From Pseudomonadota bacterium (GTDB lineage Bacteria > Pseudomonadota > Alphaproteobacteria > Caulobacterales > Parvularculaceae): a stretch of DNA of 64,000 bases. Below, one piece after another: positions 39,549 through 49,292 of the stretch (within the stretch, counting starts at the first letter, position 1; each line of letters begins with the position of its first letter). The notes beneath the pieces were generated by a model, which was given only the letters and a program-made list of their open reading frames with translations, was not told the DNA's origin and did no database searches. A program made the position numbers and the translations under genes. The stretch spans positions 2,002 to 66,001 of the forward strand of contig JBCDHW010000013.1 in the NCBI GenBank assembly GCA_038749595.1. Reading direction: 5' to 3'.

Positions 39549-40154
39549 GTGACCGATACGGTCCGCGCTGCCGTCCGGCATCGCCAAACGAAAGAGACAA
39601 AGATCAGCGTCGAGCTTAATCTCGACGGGACGGGTCAGTCCGAGATCCATACGGGGATCGGCTTTTTCGACCACATGCTCGAAGGTTTCGCTAAGCATAG
39701 CCTGTGTGATTTGAAGGTGCAGGCCGACGGCGATCTCCACATCGATCACCACCACACGGTGGAGGACGTCGGCATCGTCATGGGTCTCGCCGCCGCTGAA
39801 GCCCTCAAGGACGGTGCGGGCATTACCCGGTTTGGGCACGCTTATATCCCGATGGACGAAACACTCACCCGCGCGTCAATCGACCTGTCGTTTCGGCCTT
39901 ACCTGATCTGGAAAGTCGACTTCACGCGGGACAAAATTGGGGAGTTCGACACCGAGCTCTTCAAAGAATGGTTCCACGCCTTCGCAACGAACGCGGGCGC
40001 CTGTCTGCACGTCGAAAACCTGCACGGCACCAACAACCACCATATCGCTGAGAGCTGCTTCAAGGCCTTAGCCCGCGCCTTCAAGATGGCGGTGACGCGC
40101 GAACCACGGCTGTCGGGCGCCGTTCCCTCAACCAAAGGTTCACTCGGGTCTTAA
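39549..40154 (+). CDS. hisB: imidazoleglycerol-phosphate dehydratase
   Basis: [37 protein letters not shown]. Confidence 0.98.
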   Translation: MTDTVRAAVRHRQTKETKISVELNLDGTGQSEIHTGIGFFDHMLEGFAKHSLCDLKVQADGDLHIDHHHTVEDVGIVMGLAAAEALKDGAGITRFGHAYIPMDETLTRASIDLSFRPYLIWKVDFTRDKIGEFDTELFKEWFHAFATNAGACLHVENLHGTNNHHIAESCFKALARAFKMAVTREPRLSGAVPSTKGSLGS

Positions 40155-40259
40155 CAGCTGCTCACGGGGCGAAAAGACGCTTGAAACATGGTAAACGCGA
40201 GGTAAAAAAAACTGTCGCCCACAGAGCGACGGCAAACAGAGATCAAGGGAAGACCGAAC

Positions 40260-40502
40260 ATGATCGCATCAATCCTCGCCTCGCTCCTGGCGATTACCAC
40301 CGTTCAGACGGCTGATGAGCTGGAAGAGAACTGCCTTGCTTTCCAAGAAGAGTATGGCGGCGAGTCTGACTGCTCTTGCCTCGCGGAGAAAGCTGCTGAA
40401 GACGAGGATCTTCTGGCGATGTTCAACGAAATCACCTCACCGGAAGATCTCGCCGACGCTCCGGCTGAAGTTCTCGAAGCGATCGAGGAGTGCACCGACT
40501 AA
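40260..40502 (+). CDS. small acidic secreted protein with four Cys
   Basis: signal peptide, C-x12-CxC-...-C, very Glu/Asp-rich; own RBS (AAGGGA) and terminator. Confidence 0.7.
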   Translation: MIASILASLLAITTVQTADELEENCLAFQEEYGGESDCSCLAEKAAEDEDLLAMFNEITSPEDLADAPAEVLEAIEECTD

Positions 40503-40530
40503 GCGCGGAGCATCCGATCCTTCTAAGAAG

Positions 40531-40563
40531 AGGCGCGCCAATCCCCCGGCGCGCCTTTTTTTT
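40531..40563 (+). terminator. rho-independent terminator upstream of hisH
   Basis: AGGCGCGCC/GGCGCGCCT stem followed by a T-run. Confidence 0.8.
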
Positions 40564-40651
40564 CATGAACCGGCGACCTCGTGACGAGTGACCGAGCGAT
40601 CCGTCGGAAAACTCTTTGGCGAGGCTGAAAAAAGGGGCTAACGGCCCGGGC

Positions 40652-41272
40652 ATGCCCACAGTCTGCCTCATCGATTACGGCGCAGGAAACCTGCACTCTG
40701 CGCAGCGCGGCCTGGAACGCGCGGCGCCGTCGGCGGACCATAGGATTGTCGTCAGCGCCGATCCCAACGTTATTCTGCATGCTGATCGCCTTGTTCTTCC
40801 CGGTGTCGGCGCGTTCGCGAGCTGCGCCGAGGGGCTGCGCGCGCGGCTGGGTCTTGAAGACGCTATCCGCGACGCTGTCTTGGAAAAGGGGCGCCCGTTT
40901 CTTGGGATCTGTGTCGGGATGCAGCTTCTCGCCGACCGCGGGTTGGAGCACGGTGTCACGGAAGGGCTGGGGTTCATTCCTGGAGAAGTGCGCTTGCTCG
41001 ACACACGCGGAGAGCGGATCCCGCACATGGGTTGGAACGATGTCCGTACAGAGACGAGCCACCCGCTTTCACCTAACGATGGTGATGCTTACTTCGTCCA
41101 TAGCTACTGTTTTGACGCGAGCGGTTCCGACATCGTTGCCACGACAACCTATGGCGAAACCTTCCCCGCAACCGTTGCACGCGGCAATGTCGCCGGGGCG
41201 CAATTCCACCCGGAAAAAAGTGGGCAGTACGGACAAGCGTTTCTGACAAATTTTTTGGAGTGGCGGCCGTGA
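40652..41272 (+). CDS. hisH: imidazole glycerol phosphate synthase glutaminase subunit
   Basis: IDYGAGNL.S, LPGVGAF, LGICVGMQ, PHMGWN, YFVHSY, QFHPEKS. Confidence 0.98.
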   Translation: MPTVCLIDYGAGNLHSAQRGLERAAPSADHRIVVSADPNVILHADRLVLPGVGAFASCAEGLRARLGLEDAIRDAVLEKGRPFLGICVGMQLLADRGLEHGVTEGLGFIPGEVRLLDTRGERIPHMGWNDVRTETSHPLSPNDGDAYFVHSYCFDASGSDIVATTTYGETFPATVARGNVAGAQFHPEKSGQYGQAFLTNFLEWRP

Positions 41273-42000
41273 CCTTCGAACTTTGGCCAGCGATCGATCT
41301 CAAAGGCGGCAAGGCTGTGCGTCTTCTCCGCGGCGACATGAACCAAGCCACCACGTATGCGGATGATCCTGCGGAACAGGCTTGGACGTTCCGTGACGCA
41401 GGCTTTACGAACCTGCACGTGGTCGACCTCGACGGTGCATTTGCGGGCAAGCCGGAAAACGCCGCCGCGGTTGAACGGATCCTGCAAGAGACCGACGCAA
41501 AGGTCGAACTCGGCGGCGGCATCCGCGATAAAACGACCGCGCTGCGATGGCTCGACCTTGGCGTCACGCGGGTGATCCTCGGCACGATAGCTGTAAAAGA
41601 TCCGGACACGACGAAATCGATCATCGAAGCCTTCCCCGGCAGAGTGGTGATTGGCCTCGACGCGAAAGACGGCAAGGTGGCGACCTCCGGCTGGGCGGAA
41701 GCATCGACCGTAACTGCTGAGGACGTGGCCTCGTGGTATGACGGTCTACCCGTTGCCGCGATTGTGTATACGGACATTTCGAAAGATGGTGCGCTTGAAG
41801 GTCCGAACTTGCACGCAACAGCGGCCCTCGCCCAGTCAACGGCCGTTCCGGTCATTGCCTCTGGTGGTGTGTCGTGTGCTGATGACCTTCGCGCGCTTGC
41901 GGCACTGCGCAATGATGGGGTTGCGGGCGCTGTGATCGGAAAAGCGCTTTACGAAGAGCGTATTACGCCGACCGAAGCCTTCGAAGCGGTGCAGGCATGA
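41269..42000 (+). CDS. hisA: ProFAR isomerase
   Basis: [43 protein letters not shown]. Confidence 0.98.
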   Translation: MTFELWPAIDLKGGKAVRLLRGDMNQATTYADDPAEQAWTFRDAGFTNLHVVDLDGAFAGKPENAAAVERILQETDAKVELGGGIRDKTTALRWLDLGVTRVILGTIAVKDPDTTKSIIEAFPGRVVIGLDAKDGKVATSGWAEASTVTAEDVASWYDGLPVAAIVYTDISKDGALEGPNLHATAALAQSTAVPVIASGGVSCADDLRALAALRNDGVAGAVIGKALYEERITPTEAFEAVQA

Positions 42001-42764
42001 CCCTGAAGACCCGACTGATACCGTGCCTTGATGTTCAGGACGGCCGGGTTGTGAAGGGTGTGAATTTCGTCAACATCCGCGATGCCGGTGATCCCGTCGA
42101 GGCAGCCGCCGCCTACGCCGCGGCGGGCGCTGATGAAATCTGCTTTTTGGACATCACAGCTAGCCATGAAAACCGCGGTACACTGCTTGAAACCGTCACG
42201 CGCACCGCGCAAGAAGCGCTGTGTCCCCTCACCGTTGGTGGCGGTGTACGGACGGTTGACGATGTCAAAGCGCTCCTGCGTGCCGGGGCCGATAAGATTG
42301 CGATCAACTCCGCGGCTGTCCGAAATCCTGAAATTCTCCGTGACGCAGCGATCGCCGTCGGCGCCCAGTGCGTCGTCTGCGCGATTGATGCGAAATCGGT
42401 GGCGCCGGGGCGATGGGAAATCTTCACCCACGGCGGCCGCAAAGCCACCGGCATCGACGCGGTGTCTTTTGCTCAGCAGGCTGAAGCTTTGGGCGCAGGA
42501 GAGATCCTACTAACGTCGATGGATCGTGACGGCGTCAAGACCGGATACGACATCGCCCTCCTCCGCGCGATCACCGATGCTGTCCGTGTCCCCGTCATCG
42601 CTTCGGGAGGCGCAGGCGAGCTCAAACATCTCTCGGCGGCCGTGCTTGAAGGGGGGGCATCGGCTGTTCTGGCCGCTTCGATCTTCCATTTTGGTACGTA
42701 TACAATCGAACAGGCGAAGAAGGCGATGAAGCAGGATGGAATTGCCGTGAGGAGAACGTGGTGA
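41997..42764 (+). CDS. hisF: imidazole glycerol phosphate synthase cyclase subunit
   Basis: [44 protein letters not shown]. Confidence 0.99.
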   Translation: MTLKTRLIPCLDVQDGRVVKGVNFVNIRDAGDPVEAAAAYAAAGADEICFLDITASHENRGTLLETVTRTAQEALCPLTVGGGVRTVDDVKALLRAGADKIAINSAAVRNPEILRDAAIAVGAQCVVCAIDAKSVAPGRWEIFTHGGRKATGIDAVSFAQQAEALGAGEILLTSMDRDGVKTGYDIALLRAITDAVRVPVIASGGAGELKHLSAAVLEGGASAVLAASIFHFGTYTIEQAKKAMKQDGIAVRRTW

Positions 42765-43087
42765 GTGCGATCGGCGAAGCGTTAGACGCCCTCACGGCGC
42801 GCATTGTCGCTCGCCGCGGTGAGGATACCAATACATCGTATACGGCAAAACTTATTGGAACCGGCCGGGAACTCTGCGCCAAAAAAGTCGGCGAGGAGGC
42901 GGTTGAAACTGCACTCGCGGGCGCCTTGGGACAGAAGGCCGAGCTTGTCGCCGAAAGTGCTGATTTGCTTTACCATTTGGCTGTTCTGCTGGAGAGCAAC
43001 GACCTCTCTTTCGAAGAAGTCGCAACCGAGTTGAACCGGCGTGCGGGTGTTTCGGGGATCACCGAAAAGGCTAACAGACAGAGTTAA
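42761..43087 (+). CDS. hisE: phosphoribosyl-ATP pyrophosphohydrolase
   Basis: [25 protein letters not shown]. Confidence 0.96.
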   Translation: MSAIGEALDALTARIVARRGEDTNTSYTAKLIGTGRELCAKKVGEEAVETALAGALGQKAELVAESADLLYHLAVLLESNDLSFEEVATELNRRAGVSGITEKANRQS

Positions 43088-43187
43088 CTCGTAAACGAAC
43101 TTTCTTTGGTTAACAGGCCCTTTCTACATTGTGTACGGAAACTTAAAATGGTATCGATCGCCAGGTCTAAAACTGGGGGTCCTATCC

Positions 43188-43814
43188 ATGCGTATTCTTC
43201 CCGCCGCCGTTGCGGCGATTGCTCTTCTTACACCCGCTCATGCTGCACAACTGATTGGGGTTGTCGGCGAGGTCTGGGAATCATCCACCACACTGAACAA
43301 CATCACCGATGCCCGGGCGGCCATCACCGGTTCGCCGGCAGCGATGTTTGACGTGACCAATCTCGATTATCCGAATACGGATGCTGATAATGTCGACGCC
43401 TCAAACAGCACGCTGGCCGATTTTCTCGGTGTCGATGGCGGCAGCATTGTGGGTACGAACCTCAGCGAGCTGAACAACACGGTTTTCCGGTTCTCGGGCA
43501 GCATCCGCGTCGATGCGTTTGGCGATGCGTGGAGCGTCGGGTCGGACGACGGTTTCGAGCTGGTCGTCGATGGGGGCGTGATCGGTGCGAACCCGGGTGC
43601 CCGTTCGTTCGGAACAACGACGGGTACGATCGACCTCAACCCAGGCGTTTACACGTTTGAGCTCGTCTACTTCGAGCGGACCGGCGCCACCGGTGTTGAG
43701 CTGAAGCTAAACGATGAGATCGCCGACAACACGGCCGTTCCGGTTCCCGGCGCTGCAGTTCTGATGGGCGGCGTTCTTGCTGCAGGCGCCGCGCGGCGTA
43801 AGCGCCAGAGCTAA
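43188..43814 (+). CDS. PA14-like domain protein with PEP-CTERM/VPxxxP-CTERM sorting signal
   Basis: signal peptide; F.G.I......W.VGSDDGF.L.VDG; LVYFE..G; C-terminal VPVPGAAVLMGGVLAAGAARRKR. Confidence 0.85.
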   Translation: MRILPAAVAAIALLTPAHAAQLIGVVGEVWESSTTLNNITDARAAITGSPAAMFDVTNLDYPNTDADNVDASNSTLADFLGVDGGSIVGTNLSELNNTVFRFSGSIRVDAFGDAWSVGSDDGFELVVDGGVIGANPGARSFGTTTGTIDLNPGVYTFELVYFERTGATGVELKLNDEIADNTAVPVPGAAVLMGGVLAAGAARRKRQS

Positions 43815-43832
43815 ACCGACAAAAATGAGTTA

Positions 43833-43870
43833 GAAAACCCTCGTCGGCCCAGCGCCGGCGGGGGTTTCTT
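43833..43870 (+). terminator. rho-independent terminator after the PEP-CTERM gene
   Basis: GAAAACCCTCGTCGG...CCGGCGGGGGTTTC hairpin. Confidence 0.65.
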
Positions 43871-43932
43871 GTGGCGCGCGGCGGCCGCTGGGCTACGTTT
43901 ACTCCCGACCACGAGGTGTTACGCTGTAGGGC

Positions 43933-44634
43933 TTGGGGGTCTTTATGAGTTGGTTGGGAATAACCACCGCCGCAGCGCTCACCGCATTCTGGCTGGAGAA
44001 CACACTCCGGCGGATGGAGCGGGCCAAAGGCACCGAACGTGCCGACTGCGAGCAGCGCGCTAACGCCGCCGTGACAGCTGGGGACGCGTTCCGCGACGCG
44101 CTCCGCAGGATCATCGCGTACTACGAAGACCCTGAGATCACTGTCTTTCCCGAGCACCGAAGCGTCTTCCTCGCCACCTGGCGCCGGACGCTCACCCGGC
44201 TGGAAGCCTTCGAGGACGAGATGGATGAGCGCTTCCCCGATTTGCAGTGGGACTCGATCAAAGCGAAGGACCGCTTTCGCGAAGATCGCCAAACCATCCA
44301 AAACTTCAGAGCCACCGCGCTGAGCGGTGTTGAGAGCCTCTTTTGGCACTGGGCCCTTGGGATCCTGCATGTGTCAGGTTGGAAGACCAAAGACCGTATC
44401 GCCGAAATGGGCTGGAGCGGCGACATTCCCCGTGATCTTCAGGCCGCCAACCAGCTCCTGACGGTCTACGAGCAGGATATAAGGGCGGTTTTGCAGTACC
44501 TGGCGAAGTCTGTCGCGCCGTACAGCATCTCCGGTGAAGCGGCCGACGGCCGTCCTCTTATGACGAGATCAGACCACGCTTTTCGGCGAGGGTTCGTAGG
44601 GACTGTTCCGGACGCGCGCCGACGTGAGAAATAA
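43933..44634 (+). CDS. hypothetical protein, N-terminal TM plus helical domain
   Basis: 233-aa ORF with plausible composition; no recognised family; overlaps the convergent kinase 3' end by 77 nt. Confidence 0.6.
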   Translation: MGVFMSWLGITTAAALTAFWLENTLRRMERAKGTERADCEQRANAAVTAGDAFRDALRRIIAYYEDPEITVFPEHRSVFLATWRRTLTRLEAFEDEMDERFPDLQWDSIKAKDRFREDRQTIQNFRATALSGVESLFWHWALGILHVSGWKTKDRIAEMGWSGDIPRDLQAANQLLTVYEQDIRAVLQYLAKSVAPYSISGEAADGRPLMTRSDHAFRRGFVGTVPDARRREK

Positions 44635-45556
44635 CCTCGGACGCTGCGAGCGAGCCGAACATGCCGCATTCCGCCAGGGGATGGCACTTGGTGAAGCCGT
44701 AGATCCAGCCCGCAGCGTAGGCATCGCCCGCACCGGTCGTATCAACCAGCTTGGTCGGTTGGATCGCTTCGACGTGCTCAACGTCACCCTGGGGACCGAA
44801 GACCAGTGAGCCTTTATCACTCATGGTGATGGCGCCCCACAAGCAGAGCTCGCGCATCGCGGTCGCCGCTTCCATTGCGTCGTCTTTGCCCGTGAGCACA
44901 GACGCCTCGGCGTGGTTGGCGAACACCATGTCGACGGTTCCAAGCAGGAAGTTGCGCAAGGCTTCTTTATGGCGCCCAACCATGCCCGCATCGGCAAGCG
45001 TGATCGCAGCAAAGCGACCGCTGCCTTTGGCGCGGTGGGCGGCCTCGGCGCAGGTCGCGCGGCTGCGCTCGTCTTCGAAGTGGTAGCCCTCGATGAAGAA
45101 CACCTGAGCGTTCTCGACATCACCTTCTTGCAAATCCTCGATCAGGATATCGCCGGCGACGCCGAGATAGGTGGCCATCGACCGCTCAGCGTCTGGGGTG
45201 ACGGAGATCAAACAACGCCCCGTGGGCATGCCAGAGGTCTTCGCCGGCGTGTCAAACAGAACGCCGGTGTCGCGCATAGAGCTGCGGTAAGCGTTGCCTA
45301 GCTCGTCATCCGCGACCGAGCCGATAAAGCGCGCGGTTCCGCCAAAGCTGGTCATGCAGGCCATGGTATTGCCAGCGGACCCGCCGGCGACCACCTTAGT
45401 TTCACCGAAAGCGGCAGTAATTTCTTCAGCTTTTTCCGTATCGATCAGGATCATCCCGCCCCGAGGGATGCCGTGTTTCTCAAGAAAGCTGTCATCAACT
45501 TCGGCCAGGACATCGACAATCGCGTTACCCAGCGCTGCGACTTGGACTTCTGACAT
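44558..45556 (-). CDS. adenosine kinase-like PfkB carbohydrate kinase
   Basis: ALGNAIVD, GGSAGNT, PTGRC.I.VTPDAERSM.TYLG, DTTGAGDAYAAG. Confidence 0.93.
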   Translation of the reverse strand: MSEVQVAALGNAIVDVLAEVDDSFLEKHGIPRGGMILIDTEKAEEITAAFGETKVVAGGSAGNTMACMTSFGGTARFIGSVADDELGNAYRSSMRDTGVLFDTPAKTSGMPTGRCLISVTPDAERSMATYLGVAGDILIEDLQEGDVENAQVFFIEGYHFEDERSRATCAEAAHRAKGSGRFAAITLADAGMVGRHKEALRNFLLGTVDMVFANHAEASVLTGKDDAMEAATAMRELCLWGAITMSDKGSLVFGPQGDVEHVEAIQPTKLVDTTGAGDAYAAGWIYGFTKCHPLAECGMFGSLAASEVISHVGARPEQSLRTLAEKRGLISS

Positions 45557-45977
45557 GACCCATCCTCTCTTCCGAACACCGCGCGTTAGAACCGCAGCCG
45601 GGGCTTTGTCCATGGCTGTGTTGATGGCGGCCTGCCAAACGCCCTCAGGCGATGCGCCGAGCGGGCTGGCGACCGATGCTCTTGGCGCCTTGATTGAGCG
45701 GGAGACGCCCGCGGGCGACGCGCCGGAGGTGGTGACCCCCGGGCGCCCGGCGGCCGAATTTATCGGGCGCGAAGTAGCAGAGCTCGACGCCTATCTCGGC
45801 GCCCCGGCCCTAGTGCGTACCGAGGGGCGCAACGCTTTTCAGCGCTATGATCTCGAGCGGTGCCGCGCCTTCGCTGTGGTGGCGCCAGCAGGCGGGCTCG
45901 TGCAGGCGCTCAACACCGGGCCGCTTGTCAGCGGCGATCCTGCCCCGAGCTTTGAGGACTGCACCCGCGGCCTTTAA
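45555..45977 (+). CDS. putative lipoprotein
   Basis: Arg-rich n-region, hydrophobic h-region, LMAAC lipobox; LG.P.LVRTEG....QRY...C; start uncertain. Confidence 0.65.
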   Translation: MTHPLFRTPRVRTAAGALSMAVLMAACQTPSGDAPSGLATDALGALIERETPAGDAPEVVTPGRPAAEFIGREVAELDAYLGAPALVRTEGRNAFQRYDLERCRAFAVVAPAGGLVQALNTGPLVSGDPAPSFEDCTRGL

Positions 45978-46052
45978 CGGGGCCAGCGCGCTTGCGCGAA
46001 AAAGCGGTACTCCCCAGACTCACACCATGCAGCAGGGCACGAGGAGCCGGGC

Positions 46053-47399
46053 GTGAGCAGCCAACCCCAAGCGACACCGATGGACGACGACGGCCGCGGC
46101 TGGCTCGCCAAAACCTGGGCCGCCTATTCGCGCCCCTCGATGGCCGCGATGCTGCTCTTGGGGTTCGCGTCAGGCCTCCCGCTTTACCTCGTTTATCAGA
46201 AGACGTCCTTTTGGCTGCGGCTTGAGGGGATCGAGCGTTCCACCATCGGCTTTTTCTACTGGGTCGGCCTGTTCTACTCCTTCAAGTTCGTCTGGGCACC
46301 GATCATCGACAAGATCCGCCTTCCGGGCCTCGGCACCCTCGGGCACCGCCGATCCTGGATGATCTTATCGATCGCGGGGACGGTGGCGGGATTATCAGTC
46401 ATCGCGACGGGCAATCCCTCGGAAAGCCTCGTACCCATTACAATTGGTGCACTGCTCTTATCGTTTTCTGGCGCGACCCTCGACATCTCGATCGACGCGT
46501 GGCGGATTGAAAGTGCGCCAACTGATCTTCAGGCGAACATGGCCGCCGCCTATTCGTTCGGGTACAGAATGGCGTTGATCTACTCCGGCATTGGCTTCGT
46601 CATTGCAGACTTCGCCAACTGGAACGTTAGCTTTGCGGTGATGGCGATCTCTATGGGCCTGACGGCGGGCCTTGTGCTGTTGGTCAAGGAACCCCCTCGA
46701 CCCGAAGGCGCCACGATTGAAAGCCACGACCCTCTTGCCGTTCGTATACGAAAGATTTTTGCGGAACCATTCATCCAGGTGTGGGCACGCTATGGCCGGG
46801 TGATGATCCCGATCTTGGGGCTGGTTTTCATCTACCGATTGTCGGACTTCACGATGGGCGTCATGGCCAGCCCGCTTTATGCCGACCTCGGCTATACCCC
46901 TGCAGTCGTAGGTGGAATCCAGTCAGGACCCGGCGTTATCGCGACCTTCGCTGGACTGTTCGTAGGCGGACTAGCGGCTCAGCAGGTGGGCCTCACGCGA
47001 AGTCTTGTCCTCGGCTCGGCGCTCACCCTCGTCACCAACGGAGCCTACGCTTGGTTCGCGGCAACCGCGTCGGGCGGCGATGTCGGTCTGCTGACCCTAG
47101 CGGTGTGTGCGGACAATCTAGCAGGCGGCTTCGTCACCACCGTGTTCATCGCCTACCTCTCAAGCCTAGTCGATCCAGCCAATGCCGCAACCCAATACGC
47201 GTTGTTCAGCTCCCTCTACGCGTTCGTCAACAAGTTCCTCGCGGGATATTCAGGGGTGATGGCTGACGCGCTTGGCTACGTGAACTTCTTCTTGGTGACT
47301 GCGAGTTACGCCATTCCGGGCGCGCTCCTCGTGGTTGTTGTTGCTTACATGATGAAGCGGTATCCGCCGGCGCCGATTGCTGGTCCTAAAGAGACGTAA
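46053..47399 (+). CDS. ampG: AmpG family muropeptide MFS permease
   Basis: LLGFASGLPL, SFKFVWAP.ID, RRSW, SGATLDI.IDAWRIE, ATQYALFSS. Confidence 0.93.
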   Translation: MSSQPQATPMDDDGRGWLAKTWAAYSRPSMAAMLLLGFASGLPLYLVYQKTSFWLRLEGIERSTIGFFYWVGLFYSFKFVWAPIIDKIRLPGLGTLGHRRSWMILSIAGTVAGLSVIATGNPSESLVPITIGALLLSFSGATLDISIDAWRIESAPTDLQANMAAAYSFGYRMALIYSGIGFVIADFANWNVSFAVMAISMGLTAGLVLLVKEPPRPEGATIESHDPLAVRIRKIFAEPFIQVWARYGRVMIPILGLVFIYRLSDFTMGVMASPLYADLGYTPAVVGGIQSGPGVIATFAGLFVGGLAAQQVGLTRSLVLGSALTLVTNGAYAWFAATASGGDVGLLTLAVCADNLAGGFVTTVFIAYLSSLVDPANAATQYALFSSLYAFVNKFLAGYSGVMADALGYVNFFLVTASYAIPGALLVVVVAYMMKRYPPAPIAGPKET

Positions 47400-47403
47400 G
47401 CTG

Positions 47404-48537
47404 ATGGAAACCGTTTCCCTGCCCAAACCTCCGAAGGGTGGTCTGTCGGCTGTGTTTTATAGCGCAGCGTTGTTCGTCCTTGGCGGCTATGTTCTTTACA
47501 TCGGTCAAGGCGTGATCATCCCGATGGTCATCGCCGTGTTCTTATCGTTTCTCATCGTCACCGTGAAACGGCAGTTTGAGCGCGTTCCGAAAATTGGACA
47601 CCTGCTGCCAGAGGCTGTGACCTTCGCGCTCGCCTTTGGAGTTATCGTCCTTGTACTGTTTATCCTTGTAGCGATCGTTCGCAACAATGTCGGCATTGTT
47701 GCCACAGCGGTTCCTGCTTACACGGAACGGCTGAGCGAAATTTGGCAAAATATCAATATGCTGGAGGTCGACCTGCCGTTTATGGACGATGTCTCGTCAT
47801 CGCTTGATAACATCCGCAGCTCAGCACTCGGCGTCGTCCAAGGGGCCCTGACGAATTTGGCAAGTGCGGCGGGAGGATTCCTCGGCGGCCTCACGACCGT
47901 TGTTCTCTATACCGCCTTTATGCTTCTCGAACGCGGACGGTTTCTCAAAAAGATCGTGACGATCGCCGGGCCGGAAGGGGGTGCAAGGATCGTTTCCGGC
48001 GTCCTTGATGATCTGGGCCGTTTGATCAGAGAGTATATCTCAGTCAAAACATCGACCAGCCTCCTTACCGGCGCGATCTCATGGGCAATTATGTTCGCGC
48101 TCGGGATCGACTTTGCCGGTTTCTGGGCACTGATCATCTTTGCACTGAACTATATCCCCGTCATCGGATCGATCATCGGTGTGATCCTTCCAACGGTGTT
48201 GGCGTTGGTTCAACCAGGCGGCGGCGTCACGCTTTTTCTGCTCTCCGCCGTGCTGCTTACTGGCGCACAGCAACTTGTCGGATCGTTTATTGAACCACGC
48301 ATGATGGGGAAATCTCTGAACCTCTCGCCGCTCGTCATCCTGCTGTCCCTCGCTGCATGGGGCAGCCTTTGGGGCATCGCTGGAATGTTCCTCTGTGTGC
48401 CGATGACCGTTGTCCTGATGATTGTGCTCGCGCAGTTCGAGTCGACCCGCGCGGTCGCCGTGCTGCTGTCTGACGACGGGAGCATCACCTCCCTCGCACA
48501 GTCGAACGCCAGCGACGGCGCGGCCCATTCGGCTTAG
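47404..48537 (+). CDS. AI-2E (PerM) family transporter
   Basis: FWALIIFALNYIP.IGSIIG, IEPRMMGKSLNLSPLVILLSL..WG.LWG. Confidence 0.93.
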   Translation: METVSLPKPPKGGLSAVFYSAALFVLGGYVLYIGQGVIIPMVIAVFLSFLIVTVKRQFERVPKIGHLLPEAVTFALAFGVIVLVLFILVAIVRNNVGIVATAVPAYTERLSEIWQNINMLEVDLPFMDDVSSSLDNIRSSALGVVQGALTNLASAAGGFLGGLTTVVLYTAFMLLERGRFLKKIVTIAGPEGGARIVSGVLDDLGRLIREYISVKTSTSLLTGAISWAIMFALGIDFAGFWALIIFALNYIPVIGSIIGVILPTVLALVQPGGGVTLFLLSAVLLTGAQQLVGSFIEPRMMGKSLNLSPLVILLSLAAWGSLWGIAGMFLCVPMTVVLMIVLAQFESTRAVAVLLSDDGSITSLAQSNASDGAAHSA

Positions 48538-49292
48538 TTCGCCTGCTGACCTTCCTTAAGCGCCGCGAGCATCAAGCCAGGCAACGCGGCGAAGTTTGAC
48601 GCATACCGCGCACGTAATGCGGGCTCTTTATAGGCACGCCAAACCCACTCAAACCCCGCTTTGCTCAAGGCTTCCGGCGCCTCCGTCGTATCGCCAGAAA
48701 CGTGGCGAACCACGGCGCCCAGGTGCGCGACCACCGGCGGGCCAAGCCGGTCGAGGTTGTGCTCGATCCACAGCTGAGCCTTCCGTGCACCGAGGGAAAG
48801 GACAAGAACGTCGGCGTCCATGGCATTGATCGCATTGATATGATCATCCGCACTCAACTCTTCCACTGAGCCATGCCCAGGATTATACCCACCGGCACCG
48901 ATCAATGGCGTGTCTTCCGTATTCAGAACTTCAGAAGCGCGCGCAGCCTCGTCATTCTCCGCTCCGAAAAAGCCTACCCGCAGAGGGCCTGCCTCGCCAG
49001 CGCGGAGACGCTTGAAAATCTCAACGCCAGTCACCCGGTGCGGGATCGGCTTCTTCGCAATCTGTGCCAGTTTCATCACCGGTGCGCCATCGCAGGTCAC
49101 CAAGTCTGAACGTTCGATCGTACGCAGAAAGTCCGGGTCCCGCTGAGCCATCACGACCCAGTCCAAGTTCGCCGTTGAAATCCACATGCGCCGCTTGTGC
49201 GCCGCCGCATCGGCGATCGCGCGGGATATGTCGTCACCGCTGAGCAAGTCGAAAGGGACCCCGAGGAGAGTCAGGCGCTGATGCTCAGTCAT
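48534..49292 (-). CDS. WecB/TagA/CpsF family glycosyltransferase
   Basis: ISTANLD, DL.TCDG.P, RVTGVE, LSLGA.KAQ.W, EWVWR..KEP.L..RY. Confidence 0.9.
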   Translation of the reverse strand: MTEHQRLTLLGVPFDLLSGDDISRAIADAAAHKRRMWISTANLDWVVMAQRDPDFLRTIERSDLVTCDGAPVMKLAQIAKKPIPHRVTGVEIFKRLRAGEAGPLRVGFFGAENDEAARASEVLNTEDTPLIGAGGYNPGHGSVEELSADDHINAINAMDADVLVLSLGARKAQLWIEHNLDRLGPPVVAHLGAVVRHVSGDTTEAPEALSKAGFEWVWRAYKEPALRARYASNFAALPGLMLAALKEGQQAN

